In this document: positions 12,601 through 25,000 of the stretch, one piece after another | How the letters are laid out: each line of letters opens with the position of its first letter | Numbering within the stretch: the first letter of the stretch is position 1 | Assembly: GCA_002633005.1 (NCBI GenBank) | Contig: NMRA01000421.1 | Location: 200,171-264,170, forward strand | DNA from: Phoronis australis | Taxonomy: Eukaryota; Animalia; Phoronida | Length of the DNA stretch: 64,000 nt | Reading direction: 5' to 3' | Position numbers and translations under genes: made by a program | Notes under the pieces: generated by a model | What the model was told of the DNA's origin: nothing | Databases searched by the model: none | The model's input: only the letters and a program-made list of their open reading frames with translations

Positions 12601-14579
12601 ACAGACAACAATTTGCATGCATGACATTCCCGGCAAAATCTTGATAACACAAAGTACTAGTATCTTCACTAAGTAATACCAGTGCAAGGTGTGGTTACTT
12701 ACCTAAGAGAAGACGACCACTTTGAAGCGATGCCAGTGACAATGACCTTGACACCGGGGATGTTGCGTAGAGCACAACCAACAATCAGCATACCTGTGAG
12801 AATAAACAGCGCGTTAGTCAATCATTGGAACATAAACTGCCACATTCTAGGGTCAATTTAACTCCAAATACAGAGGAGTTAACAACGTCTAAAATGTTCC
12901 GCTACATCTTAATTTCCTCGACCTACAGTAAAAGTTGTTCAATTTGTGATGGATAATAACAGCTAAAATTGTCATAATTCTATTTTTAGAGCTTACCACA
13001 TTGTTACAAATGCTTAAAACATTACCAAATGTTGTTTGGTAATAACTATGCCATACAAATCAGGCTAAAACAAACATGTCATTCAGCACAGTCTTCACAC
13101 TTATGAACTATGTTTTTGTCATACTGAACACATTTCAAAGGTTTATGTATTAATATGGTGCTAGCATTCTTAGAGTCAACATTAGTATTGAAGCTGTGCA
13201 TCATATTACGGATTGGTAGGGTCATACCGCCACCTTGGGAGTACACCTGTTTTTCATTCCGAGATGGAGGGTACCCAGTTTGCTAGTAGTACAGGGACCG
13301 GGGTCTAATCTTTGTACTCGAGATCAAACTCAAAATTATTACTTTTGACACTTTCCGCTCTACTGTTGTGTGAACTCAAGATAAGTGTCTATCATGTTAT
13401 GCTCGAATACGTAACGATTTACGCGAACGACTTTCTTGTCATACTAAAGCAAACTGAGAAAAACAGAATCTTGAAGTTGCATAAAAATACAACTTAAAAT
13501 GTCAAAAATAATTTTGAGTAAAAAGATAAGACCCTGAGCCCAGGTGTCATGTAAGTGTCGATTCATTTTGAATATGCAGTGGCACCCCTAACAATTTTAT
13601 AGAAGAGAGCACATGGGGTTCTGAAGATTTTGGACCCTAGGACCTAGTAGCTATAACTGAGTGTATGTATTCTCTAAAGTAGTTTGAACAATTGGTACAG
13701 CTTAGTGGCCGGCTCATCTGTGCTCTTTTGTTGTACAGTTAAATCTCATCAGTTCAGGACACAGTGTGGTGGGTTGTTTCTTCATTATAAATTCTCATGA
13801 AAAATTAGTAGCACCAACCTTTTAAAGTTCTATACCAAAGCAAGCATCAGATAACCTTTTGAGAAATTTTGGGCATTCACAACAATGTTCAACTTTTTTT
13901 GAATAAAAAAACAGTTAAATATGAAAGTTATTCTTGTCTGAAGTTGGACGTGAGATTTTATCCTATAAGTACTTTTATGTGTTACACCACGTGACAAATG
14001 AAACATCAGCAAACAGAAACATGTGACCACTCACCCACCTAGCAATGGCGGCAGACGAATTAGCAGTGTCATAGCACCTCCCATCACACACAGCACCAAC
14101 AAGACCAGAACACCAAAAAACGTTCCTCCCGGAAGTGCTTGGCCACTGTCTGGTGACAACCCCCAAAGGGTGCCCCACACAAGTAGAATCATTATGGCCA
14201 ATGCCATCAGTTTAGCGAGCTTCCCATGTGGAGGGCACATGAATGAGTGTTTTAACTTTTCACAAACACTAGCATCGGAAGGCAGTGGATTATAGGCCGC
14301 CATGCAAGGCCTACAACATTGTAGACATTTTCTTTGGCACAAAATGCATTTAGCTCCAAACTGGGAAGACATCTTCCTCTCTCTCTCCACATTTCCATCT
14401 AAGAGATCTTGCTGAGTGTCTTGTTTAACATCAACCATTTCACTTAACATTACATTTGGATCATGTTCAATGGGAGCAGAAGTGATAACCGGTAATGCGT
14501 CCCGTGCATCTGCGACCTCTGACCTTGTGGACACATTCTCAAATGTACTAGCAGATGGCTCTCTCTGAAAATCTGGCAT
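3459..14579 (-). CDS. SLC9B2: SLC9B/NHA-family (CPA2) Na+/H+ antiporter, ~590 aa; join(complement) 14039-14579, 12703-12793, 11896-12078, 11387-11562, 11007-11113, 10215-10379, 9390-9498, 6369-6505, 4655-4732, 3459-3644
   Basis: All introns GT-AG with matching phases. Peptides LPPLLGMLIVG, ILLRAGLGLDP, AVSPAVVVP, GIPTLVIAAASIDDVLAI (conserved DD), FQPLLFGLIGAE, AWLPKATVQAAIG and ITAPIGA are NHA1/NHA2 hallmarks. The paralogue (B1 vs B2) cannot be resolved from sequence alone. Confidence 0.95.
4655..4732 (-). CDS. SLC9B2: SLC9B exon AAIGGVALDTARNQNSGPEAIQLGMK
   Basis: TTTTAG acceptor, GTTTGT donor, phase 0-0. Confidence 0.93.
5902..6136. mobile_element. Fold-back MITE / near-perfect palindrome
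   Basis: ~109-bp inverted arms (5902-6010, 6028-6136) with few mismatches and a 17-nt spacer. Confidence 0.85.
6369..6505 (-). CDS. SLC9B2: SLC9B exon GLGIATL...AWLPKATVQ
   Basis: CTGCAG acceptor, GTACAT donor, phase 1-0. Confidence 0.95.
6551..8992 (+). mobile_element. Decayed, internally deleted Academ (AcademX-type) DNA transposon, ~2.44 kb
   Basis: Termini TAGTCAGGTT...AACCTGACTA, 3-bp TSD TAG on both sides, ~400-bp imperfect TIRs; frameshifted remnants KALPAFHAFTWTDNTG (XPG-like H3TH), PPTIGALKQH, QARVWGQ and Cys-rich VRCQCKNDCSSQ...TDLCQCSAEC. Confidence 0.8.
9390..9498 (-). CDS. SLC9B2: SLC9B exon SPVADVVGKLWILFQPLLFGLIGAEVDL...
   Basis: TTTTTCAG acceptor, GTATAC donor, phase 0-1. 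Confidence 0.94.
10215..10379 (-). CDS. SLC9B2: SLC9B exon SNLVLFR...GFPGAGALG...WTNDE
   Basis: TTTCAG acceptor, GTATGG donor, phase 0-0. Confidence 0.94.
11007..11113 (-). CDS. SLC9B2: SLC9B exon DLALAIARGPLEALMG...WYIPHRKH
   Basis: TTTCAG acceptor, GTAAGT donor, phase 1-0. Confidence 0.93.
11387..11562 (-). CDS. SLC9B2: SLC9B exon with the ion-binding DD motif (AAASIDDVLAI)
   Basis: TTTCAG acceptor, GTAGGA donor, phase 2-1. Confidence 0.95.
11896..12078 (-). CDS. SLC9B2: SLC9B exon TIALVVILLRAGLGLDP...WEWGFML(G)
   Basis: TTGCAG acceptor, GTGAGT donor, phase 2-2. Confidence 0.95.
12703..12793 (-). CDS. SLC9B2: SLC9B exon (G)MLIVGCALRNIPGVKVIVTGIASKWSSSL(R)
   Basis: CACAG acceptor, GTAAGT donor, phase 1-2. 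Confidence 0.93.
13294..13540. mobile_element. Degenerate MITE
   Basis: Imperfect IR GGGACCGGGGTCTAATCTTTGTACTC / GAGTAAAAAGATAAGACCCTGAGCCC. Confidence 0.5.
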
Positions 14580-14590
14580 GACTTTGTTTT
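14039..14590 (-). CDS. SLC9B2: SLC9B exon: N-terminal cytosolic tail and first TM helices (ATG at 14579)
   Basis: Acceptor TTTTTCCAG; MPDFQ...CPPHGKLA...LPPLL G|GTGGGT. Confidence 0.9.
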
Positions 14591-15142
14591 CTGGAAAAAC
14601 AATCAACACGAGACAAGCATTCAGAAGGATATATTTCTATTAGAATACAAAATATATGATCAATCAGACTACGACTTACCTCTAGTAAGTTAGGTAAAAG
14701 CCAAGCAGTTTTGTAAAAATAGAGCCTAAAAAACTTGTAAATTAGAAAAAAAATATTGTTTGAACATGACACTTGCAACTTTGGCAGTGTTTGTTTGGGT
14801 GTTTCATAATAAGAACTACAATAATCAATTTAAAACGAATCAAATAAAAATCAATGTAAAAATTAATGTGTTTTTTTTTGCTCAATTTTTTGTGTTGAAT
14901 TAGCATTTTGTCATTTCCAGCACTGTTAGATGTGACATCAAGTCAATAAACAAGAGGTCAGAGACATTACATAACCTTTTTACCAACACAACTCTCATCA
15001 CTAGTGAATAGATGTAAAAACCACATTGGCTATTTTTGGCTGCAGGTGCATTTTACAAAAAGTGAAAATAGAAGATATCTCTCCAGCAATGTTAAAAAGT
15101 AAGTCGGTCAAGTTAACTATAGCCTTGTTATAAATAACTTAC

Positions 15143-15221
15143 CTAAACTTTTGATCATCTATAACATCACTCTGTACGAGGCAGATTAACTTTAGACATC
15201 CAGCCTAATTTTCAAGGCTAC
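15143..15221 (-). CDS. Probable upstream SLC9B exon (5' UTR plus optional N-terminal MIKSL, ATG at 15158)
   Basis: Acceptor TTTTGTAG and donor TAG|GTAAGT. ATG ATC AAA AGT TTA G joins in frame to the acceptor at 14590 (AA AAC AAA GTC ATG). Confidence 0.6.
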
Positions 15222-17401
15222 CTACAAAAGGATTCAGTATAATGGTAGTTACTGCGCGATGAGTTACCAAGTAACTGGTAAATAAAAATAAACATAATGC
15301 GGTGTATTTTCAATGTTTTATTGCCATGCCACAAAATTTCATAATAACCCAATAGGCATTTTAATGAGTACTTGGTGTGTCTCAAAATTAGGAAAATTTG
15401 ATTCCATCAGTCACTGGACTCACTGGCTGCATTGAAAAGCGACAACGAACAGCTATGATCTTCAGATTAAGTAGGAACCTGGAACAAAATGTCCAAATTT
15501 GACTAACTTCGCAGCATCTTATCTCAGAAATTGCTGATCAGATTTTAGTGAAATTTTAAGATAGCTTGCCTTATGCATTGTTCACTGAAAGGACTGCTTT
15601 TAAAATGATCCACTTTTACAAGAGAGGCTATCAAAAATAGGACTTTCATGTTTTTATGTGGAAAATATAGCATAAAACAGAAATGAAACAATAACATTTA
15701 CAACAAACAAATTAGGTCACATTATTGATGCTAACTGTTCCTTTGTTGATAAATTTTACTAATAAGACGTGGTCATGTGACCCAATCAATAGGAGGTTTG
15801 GTATAAAGGAAAACTCAAATTCTACAGGCATATAATTTTCAGAAAATATATATTACCCTTATCCGCTGTAAGTTATGGCTCATTCCAGCCAAACCATAGA
15901 TGGATATGAGTACTTTGCAACCCACAGAGGGACACCTTTGGAGGCTCTGAATGTCATCAATTCTTTCATAAAATACTCTGTCAACCACAAACAAAATTGT
16001 TACTGTATAAAGGAGCCTGTCACAATATTATCACATGGATTGTGATTGCCAGTGTTTGTTTGACTTGACATCAACAGCCTCCGAAGGCGTGTGGCTCTAC
16101 GCTCTTAACACAAGCAACGTGACTTTATATTGGCAAGGGTGATGTGCGAGGCATAAGCTTCCCGAGTACAAGGGGTTATAAGTGATAATCGGGTGAATTG
16201 GTAGGCATCACATAGCACCTCTGCTGGCTAGCTAAGGGATACAGCACTTCCCATTGGTCTCCGAGTTAGTTCATCCTGTGTATTTTAAATGGGCTGTAGA
16301 CCAAATTGGGTAACTGAATAACAGGTCCATTTTACACTTAAAAAGCGTACTCGTCTGTCTTCAGAAATCCTATTATTTGTTCTATTTATATCCTCAATGA
16401 AGCATGTCTACGCGAATTAAGACGACTTTGGCGAAGAATTCCAACTCTACTTTTTTTGGTCGCCTAAAACATTCACCGTGCGTGATAACCACAAAGTATC
16501 TCAACTGACACCACACGGGATAGGCAAGGCCAAGCGCGAGACTGAGCAGAGCACGTGACCTGACGTGCGACACTTGAAAAAAGTAACATGGAAAGATATC
16601 CAGTGGAGTTTGTAAGAGTTGTGTCCGTTGGGCTTTTCATTCGTCAATAGGTGTGATATTGCATAACTTTCTGAAAATGACACCCGGTCAAGGAAACTCC
16701 AATGAACCACGACGCCATATTCTCCTGGCACGAGCAGTGTAAAAGAGGCCAGTTGTCAACTGAATGAAGGGCTGCTTGGAAAAAAGTTTAATTACGGAAG
16801 TATTTGTTTGAGTTAGATAGAATTAATGGCATCAACGGCCTCCTAAGGTGTCTCAGCACAAGACATGACTTTCATGGATTATCAGAGTGAGGCAAAATTC
16901 ACCAAAAAGCTTCCAGCGTATGAAGGCCATAAGGGAGCATCACAATCTCACTGACTGTACATTCATTTGTTCTTCACTGACATTCATAGTGTCACAGTGA
17001 TTCGTCTAGTTTGGCAATGCTCAGATGTCTCCAGCTGGCATAGCAAATATGATGGAACATATCAAATACCAGAGTTACCTAGGCAACATCATGGTATTAC
17101 AAACCCATAAAAAGTTACTCATCTCAAAATACATAACACTGAATGAAACCTGCATACATACACATTGAAATATAATTAACACATACCATGACTCTGGAGG
17201 CAATTTAGTCAACATAAGTTGAGCGTATCCATGAAAATTTGTAGCAGTTCACTCAAGCTTGACCCTAAACAGGTGGCATTTTGAGGAAGTTACACGAAAT
17301 GACGTCATATTCCCTGGGACGAGCAGTGTAAAAATGGCCACTTGTCGACTTAAGCAACTGAACAAAGGACTGCGTCACCATCTCAACTAAGCAGTAGAGA
17401 T

Positions 17402-17695
17402 GCATAAGCGAATTTAGGGGGGGCCCAGGCCCCCCCCCTTGGCTGCAGGCAAAATGAAAACAGCAACAGCGTGAAGCATGAGGAAATATTGAGTTCAGCA
17501 AGTAGGAATGGAGAAAGGCAGAGGGCCCAGACCACAGTGAGGTTGCGCTCCCCCCGGCCCCCCTTTTTTATATAGTCAACAGGATTTTAGACCAGCAGAA
17601 ACTGCAGAAGGCTCCCCGACCCCCACAACTTTCAACCAGCCTGTGCGCATACAATCGCGCTTTGCCACCCTTATGGTATCCTAGATCCGCCACTG
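17402..17695. mobile_element. Degenerate GC-rich MITE ending CTAGATCCGCCACTG
   Basis: Terminal motif plus GGGGGGGCCCAGGCCCCCCCC palindrome, typical of CAGTGGCGGATC-type non-autonomous DNA elements; left end uncertain. Confidence 0.45.
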
Positions 17696-17907
17696 AGATG
17701 GTGGCACTGTCATCATAGGTTTAAGTCTCGGTGTCGGCGAAATTTTCAACAACACTGAACAACAGGAACAGGCTTCAGTCACCTGGCACTAGTTCCAAAA
17801 CCTGAAGAAGCTGTGACATTAAGTCACTTGTTTCATATAGATTAAATGAAGACACAGCTTTGTAGAAATGGTTTGAACATATAATTTCGTAACTCAGATT
17901 CTATTAC

Positions 17908-18074
17908 CTTTTCAGAAATATTAAAGTTTTGACGAAAACTGAAGTTTTCAACACATTCCACTGCAGCGCCCTCGTGTGACCTTACTTGACGCCATCTAGC
18001 GTCTGCCTCTTCATCTTGTTTACGCCGATTGTGATTTTCGCTGTTGACTTTGAAAGAATTTAACAGTGTTCAAG
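17908..18074. promoter_or_regulatory. Putative bidirectional promoter with divergent non-coding first exons of SLC9B (minus) and eEF2K (plus)
   Basis: Outward-facing donors AAG|GTAATA (minus, exon edge 17908) and AAG|GTAAAT (plus, exon edge 18074) flank a CpG-richer patch with two CTCF-like motifs (17964-17978, 17988-18003). Confidence 0.55.
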
Positions 18075-19069
18075 GTAAATTTTATATCCAGCAGTATTTC
18101 CAGAAACATTGCTGTATGCGGTAAATGCAAATCTCGATGCATGAAACTCGTTTTAGGTCAAACGAACTATTAGGGACCTATTTAATGTTGGTTCGTGTTT
18201 GACGACATGCGTGACATTTAGTGACCTTTTGACCCAGATTATAGATAATACGTTTATCACAACAAAACTGGTCACAATATTAGGTAATTTGCGAGTGTCC
18301 ATCGCTGACCTCGAAGTGTTTGCTCTTGGCAATGTGAGTACAGTGGACTTTGCTTGCCATTTTTACAGACAGGCCTTCTAGTACGATTTCATGGCAACCT
18401 CAACAATTTTGAGTTTGTCAGTCACTTCCTAAAATGGAGGTTGGGGATTTAATCATTAATGCAGTTCAGTCTTTGTGATTGTGTACATTATGTGTGTACG
18501 CCGTATGGTTTTTGGTTGATTATAGTTCAGCCAAAACAGCATGTGATTAAGTTTTTCAACACAGGTTGGAAACAGTTGAGTTCCTGTGTATTTGTGATGT
18601 GATCTAACATTGCCCATGCTCTGTTTACTGTTGGGAATTTCCAGTTCTGCGTATGACTAAGTGTTCAATGTACTCAAGTACAGGCCTCTCCTGTTTTGAT
18701 CTCTCAAATTGTACACCAACAGCTTGGTAGCATTTTAGGGTCTGGTTGTGGACAGCACTAATGGCTTAATAGCCAAACCAGTTATGGAAAACACTTGATA
18801 GTCACACCAAAATAATACATATTATTTGTGTTATACTTTCTAAATATAGATAATAAACAGATACTTACAAGTTCTTGCATCTGTGTTGCATTGGTGGTAC
18901 TAGTACTTTAAAACTAACTAACTATGGAATAAACTTAGCCTTGTGTTTGTCGTTATTCTTTTATGGAATCTTATTTAACTTTTTTCAAACATTTTGCATC
19001 AGGGAAATTTGGGGATTTGTGATGCCTGGCCACACGTTACATTGTGAGTAATTTATGCATGGTTTTTTT

Positions 19070-19555
19070 AAAGCCTCTTTTACACGAGAGACAGTTTTCA
19101 CCGTGTCAGTTGTCATGGCGCGACTTGCTCCATTTTATTCGCAATGCGGCATTTACACGACATTAGATCACGAACTGGATCAGCATGCGTCACTTACAGG
19201 AAGACTGTCAAGGCATGCTCGCATAAACAATAGCGAATGTCCAAACCACGTGGAATGCCAGCTGATCATCGGAATATAGGCTATTGTGCAAATGCATTGA
19301 AAGATGATCACTTTCCACCCTGCCCCAGTTATGTTTAGACGTGTAGTTGACACTGGAGCAACTGATCAAGTGCAACTCGCTCTACCTTTCAAACTGGTGT
19401 CAAAAACTGGCTGCCATGGTGTCACTTGCTCCATGTCAGTCGTGTTTACACACATAAAGCTTGCACCAAATCAGCTGTTCCGTGTTAGCCTGGCTGTGTC
19501 AGCTGCACCGTGTTAGCCGTGCCGTTTCAGCTTTCTCTCGTGTAAATGCGGCTTT
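19070..19555. mobile_element. PIF/Harbinger-like MITE
   Basis: TIRs AAAGCCTCTTTTACACGAGAGA / TCTCTCGTGTAAATGCGGCTTT in a T/A context. Confidence 0.7.
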
Positions 19556-21709
19556 AGTTGGCAATTTGTTCTTGTTTTGCAAGTCCTAATTGCCAAAGTG
19601 TTGTGACCAATTGTTCTTATCATTTTGATGCACAGTCTTGGTAATGCGTGTTATCTGGTTGGGATAATTCCCCAAGTGCTTTTTAAATCAGTTTTGTTGA
19701 GGTCGGCTTGCCCTACATGCAGACATTAAATTGCTAATGTTTAGTTCTTTTATCAGAAATCAACATAAATGATGGTATGGCAAAGTCAAACTTTGTGACT
19801 ATGAATTTCCTTGTCTAAATCGTTCAGTGTAACCGAGACTTGTTGTGCAATAGCCAAATTGTTTTTGAGAGAGTTTGAGCCATATAATGGTATTAGAGTT
19901 GATGAGTCGGGACTGGTCATTATCTTGAACAGTCGATTCAGGTAAAGGCCTAGAGGGAGCCACATTGATGCGAGACTGGAGTGCAAAGTCAAGCAAAACA
20001 GGACAGCACTGGTATTATATCACCTGAATATAGCAAGGTGCCGCTGAAACTTTGGTTGTACGTTGTTCAAAATAAGCCGAGTTTTGTCCGTTTAGGATGT
20101 TCAAATTCAGTCATGGCTGGTTTTCACAGAAATGCTAGTATCTGCAAGGACTTCTCAGCTATATAAATTGGTGAGGGGCGATTAAGCTAGTCACAAAAAT
20201 TAGCATATATCGAGGGGTGGGGGGGCCATAGAGGAATATGGTGCTTGATGTACAGACATAATATCTTGGATCTAAGAACTAGTATTAATAGCTTCTCTGT
20301 GCAAACATCCGTTTTGAACCTTGTGGTAGAAAAAATCAGGAAAGTTTACTGCCTTGCACATGTACGATAAAATCTCGCCAGTTTGAGAAGCAGTATGGTG
20401 CTGGGCAATATTGCAATTTGATTTTTATTTATGTCACAAAAGATAAGTAGCACATGGTAAACGCATTGTCATTTTTGATACTCTATACCACACCTTCCAC
20501 CAGACAATGTTTTGATTATAAACAAGGCATTCGTGTTCAATATTAGGCATCGTTGAAAAATTGAAAGGGTTCCATTTTGCTATTATTTCTAGCTGAAATC
20601 GATTAGATTTTTCTCAATGAAATATCAATGATTTTGCGAATTCTAGAAAATTAATTTAAGTGTAAGTCATGTCCTAATTAAATTTCTAAACTGCACATTT
20701 TATCTGTTCTGCATTACAATTACTTTGGGCTTCCCAGGAGTTGTGCTTAAAGTTTTCAATCAGTCAAATCTGTTGGATACTTGGTAAATATTCATATATT
20801 TGAACTTGAATATATGTGTGTGTTTGTCTGGGTGGGTGCATGCGTGTGCGTATATGTTCATGCATTAAGTGTTGTTAGTAGGATATGTCACTTAAATACA
20901 TTGTGCACTTTTGACCCTTTCATGTAAGAAATCTCATGTATGCATGCTGACTTATGTCAGTCTCTCATAATGTGCTTTTTGACTTCCTTGTCCCACAGAC
21001 CTAGATATCTATTTAGTTCACACATACAGGCATATGTTATATGACCTAGCTCATCCTGCTATCGTTGGAATCCTATTTGCAACTTTTCTATGAATGTCCC
21101 TCACTGCGATATAATTCTGAGGTTGTACATGTTTTGATATCAAAACTATGTGTTCATAAAATTACAAGCATTTCTCTTAGGAGTTTTTTAAAATATTTCA
21201 AAATACTTGTGAAATGAATGTAATGAAAGTTACTCTTCATTATTTCTTTGGTGTTTTTGCTCAGAAAATGGACTTTCAGTTTTACACAACTCCTGTCCAT
21301 TACCTAGTTGTGAAAGTGTTACCATGGTTACAGTTGAAGCCTTTTTATTTGGCAAAATTGTCTCAATAATCAACCATTAACATCTTGATATTACGTAACC
21401 AGTTTGTTATTGATTTTGGATTTGCCATCAGACTGAATAATTCAAAACATCCAGTGTGGAGATAAGCATTTTATTCTGTCTCATTTCAGATGAGGATTTA
21501 CTGGATCCCGTGTCAACTCCTGTGAACCGGGCTGGAGAAGATTTCACAGCCACCCTGGGTCAAGTCTTCAAGGAGAATGTCTACATCAGATTTTGAGGCC
21601 ATAGCTTGAGCTTTAAATTGAAGGAGGCACGGCCGTGTTCCTAAAGTTGCGCTATTAATTTTGGGGCTTCATTTTTCACGATAAAAACAGACTGACATCA
21701 ACATTGAAA

Positions 21710-22063
21710 ATGGCGAACTCAGACGATGAAGATTTGTTGTTCGAGATGAATCTACTTGATGATGACGAGACTGGAAATGAGGCCGACATCGAGTCTAGTC
21801 GCGAGGATGACAAACCCGATCCTCCCAAACCTCTAATGTCATTGCGTATGCGACGGAAGTCAAGGGTCGGAGTTCAACCTCTGAAGCTGAACCTGAATAA
21901 AATACATTGGATGGATGCCATCAAAAAAGCAAAGAAGGTGAAAGATCCATGGGCAAAGTTCCACATTGACAAACTGGAGACGGAAACTGTCATCCGTCAT
22001 CGTTACAATGCGGTGAAGAGGAAATGGATTCAGGATAAGGCCAAAGTGAAGATGGACACAGAG
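21710..22063 (+). CDS. EEF2K: eEF2K first coding exon (CaM-binding helix); exon probably begins at 21490 in the 5' UTR
   Basis: Kozak AAAATGG; donor GAG|GTAAGT. Confidence 0.95.
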
Positions 22064-25000
22064 GTAAGTAGCTATGAGAGGATTCTCAGTAGTGTCCTCA
22101 CTAACTACTGGCTGTGTTTGTACCTCCCCCAGACCCCATTGTGTCATGGCAGGACCCTCACACACCTGAGGGAAAGGTGACTGTGCCTTCTAAAAGACCA
22201 ATTTGTTGGTTGAGGTAAAAATACTTGAAGTATCCAAAGCTTAAAACTGTGGTGTTGGGCACTTTACTGGAAATCCTCAGTAACCGATTGTTAACTTCTG
22301 TTGTGGTTCAATACCTTGAACATGTATTAGTTTCGTATTTTGTTGACTGGAATTCAGAATTTCCTGACTGATTTTGCATCGGTTTCAAAATGATTCCTTG
22401 TTCACAGCTCCTGCATGAAACCATATAGCTGATTGGCTAGTATTTGAAAAATCAGAAATGAGGGACATTTTTTAAGAAATATGGTTCTGGTGGTAGTGAC
22501 CTTGATAATCGCCGAACACCATTGCTATACAGTGAATTTAGCAAGTCTTTCTTTGTTTACTGTTAGAACACTTCTGATCATTTTAAATAAAAATCTCCAA
22601 AAGCAAGGTGCAAATTATATTTTAGCCATATATGCATACAATTGTACATTAGAAATTGGAAAATTGTTTTTCGGTAGCTAATCTCTCAATACATGAACTT
22701 CAATTGGTGCTCACTATCATTGGAATTATATAAACAATCACTCATGGTTTTGCTGTCCAACCTTGTTTCAGAGTTTTGTATGTTCCTAGTGAAAAATACA
22801 ATGTACAATAATAAAAGTAAGCCCAAAATTCAGGAAGTCTTAGAAAGCATTAAATATCTGTTTCAGAGCGAAATTAATATTCATGAGTTCTGAATTAAGA
22901 TGGCTTATTGAAGTAATGTAGTGGGAGGGTGCAAGAGATTCATTATTATAGTTTATTTTTGGTGAACGGAATTAATTTTTAATTAATCTTTAGACAATGT
23001 CAACTTGTACTTCATTTGGTATTCAATGTGAGCATAATGAGGAATTCTGTAGTTTCAAAGTTTTAAATGCAGCAAAGCTTCAAATGCAGCCAGCAAATTG
23101 ACCTAGAGCTGAACCTAAGCTTTATTTGTTTTCTGTGTGGGTCAGAGTTCATTGACCCAAGCTTTCTCCTCCACAAACCAGTTGGCAACTTGGAAGTGAT
23201 TCATACACAAACCATGCTTTACTGCTGTGCCAGACAGCAGCAGCTGAGCTGCACCTATAGTTTTATAAGGTTGAGCTACACCTATGAGGTTGACCGGATT
23301 TTAATCCCAAGCCAGATAATTTTTATCCCAGGTACTGACAGCCAGCTGTTGCCAGTTATCAGTCTACTCCCTTACTGTTTTGATACCTTTATTCTGGGAT
23401 CCGTATAAACCGTGAAGTCTTTCCCATTGCAGTCTCAAAAATTGCCAAAATTGACCATTTATTATATTAAGGTTACATAATACCATATTGACAAGTCAGC
23501 AAATTTATGGAAGTCAAGTATACAAAAGAATAAAATTTAACTTGGCAAAAGTATGTATTTTCTGAATGTAGAATTTCGGCAGAATTTGATTGTTGACTTT
23601 GTACCAATTTGCCTTGAATAAGCTCATGTGGCCATGCTTTTAAGTAAGATTTAGCAAAAAAGAAAGGTGCATATATAGCAAAACAACATGATCAACCACA
23701 TGCCCAAATCTCGTGTGATATATTATTCAAGATAAAATCTCAGAACTTGTTACAGTTTTCTAAATAACTAATGGTTTCATTTTCGTTTTATACAACTTCA
23801 AAGTTTTTCTACAAAAATCCTATGTCCTACTTTGATTGTATGTTATACTAAGAGCACTTTGAAAATAATTCCTAACAGTGTTTTGAAGAATAATGCACAT
23901 AGCGGATGCATGTGAATAGCGGAGTTGCCATATTTGATATCATTTCTGATGTTGGCCAAAGTTGAGCATTTTTCTAGGGTCGTACATGACCTTTAAGGGT
24001 TTCTAATATTACAAGGCACATGTGGTAATAAGCAGGTGAGAATCAAGTTGATTTGTTGATGACGATATCCAGGAACATGACAATAAATCATGACATTATT
24101 CGGGGTATTTTTCATGGGTTTCATGAAAATGAACGGGATATTTTATTGACATGAAGTGGACACACTGTACTTGTTGTGACTTNTGCTTTGTATTTGCCAG
24201 GTATCTGTTGAGAAGTGTAAAAACTCAGCTCGCATTCGTTGGAAATTCCTGGTCGCATTTTGCGACTTTATACGAGCTGACAAAAATCTCAGCTCGCATT
24301 TCCAAATTTCAGGTCGCAAATGCGACCTGCAGCTCGTTATGTCGAGCCCTGCTTTCCCATTGCAGTCACTAAAAATGCCTAAATTGACCATTTATTATAT
24401 GACGGTTACGTAATACCATACTGGCAAGTCAGCACATTTATGGTAGTCAAGTATACAAAACAATAGAATTTAACTTGGCAAAAGTATGTATTTTCTGAAT
24501 GTAGAATTTCGGCAGAATTTGATTGTTGACTTAATTGTACCAATTTGCCATGAATAAGCTCACGTGGCCATGCTTTTAAGTAAGATTTAGCAAATAAAGA
24601 AAGGTACATAGCAAAACAACAGGATCAACTACATGCCCAAATCTAGTGTGATATATTGTAATTCAAGATAAAATCTCAAAACTTGTTACAGTTTTCTAAA
24701 TAACTAATGGTTTCGTTTTCGTTTTATACAACTTCAAAGTTTTTCTACAAAAATCCTATGTCCTGCTTTGATTGTATGTCATACTAAGAGCACTTTGAAA
24801 ACAATTCCTAACAGTGTTTTGAAAAATAATGCACATAGCGGATGCATGTCAATAGCGGAGTTGCCATTTTTGATATCATTTCCGATGTTGGCCAAAGTTG
24901 AGCATTTTTCTAGGGTCGTACATGACCTTTAAGGGTTTCTAATATTACAAGGCACATGTGGTAATAAGCAGGTGAGAATCAAGTTGATTTGTTGATGACG

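Noticed and set aside
16690-17375. Two similar ~70-bp segments (GAGCAGTGTAAAA..GGCCA.TTGTC)
   Set aside because: Likely old interspersed-repeat fragments; boundaries and family cannot be supported
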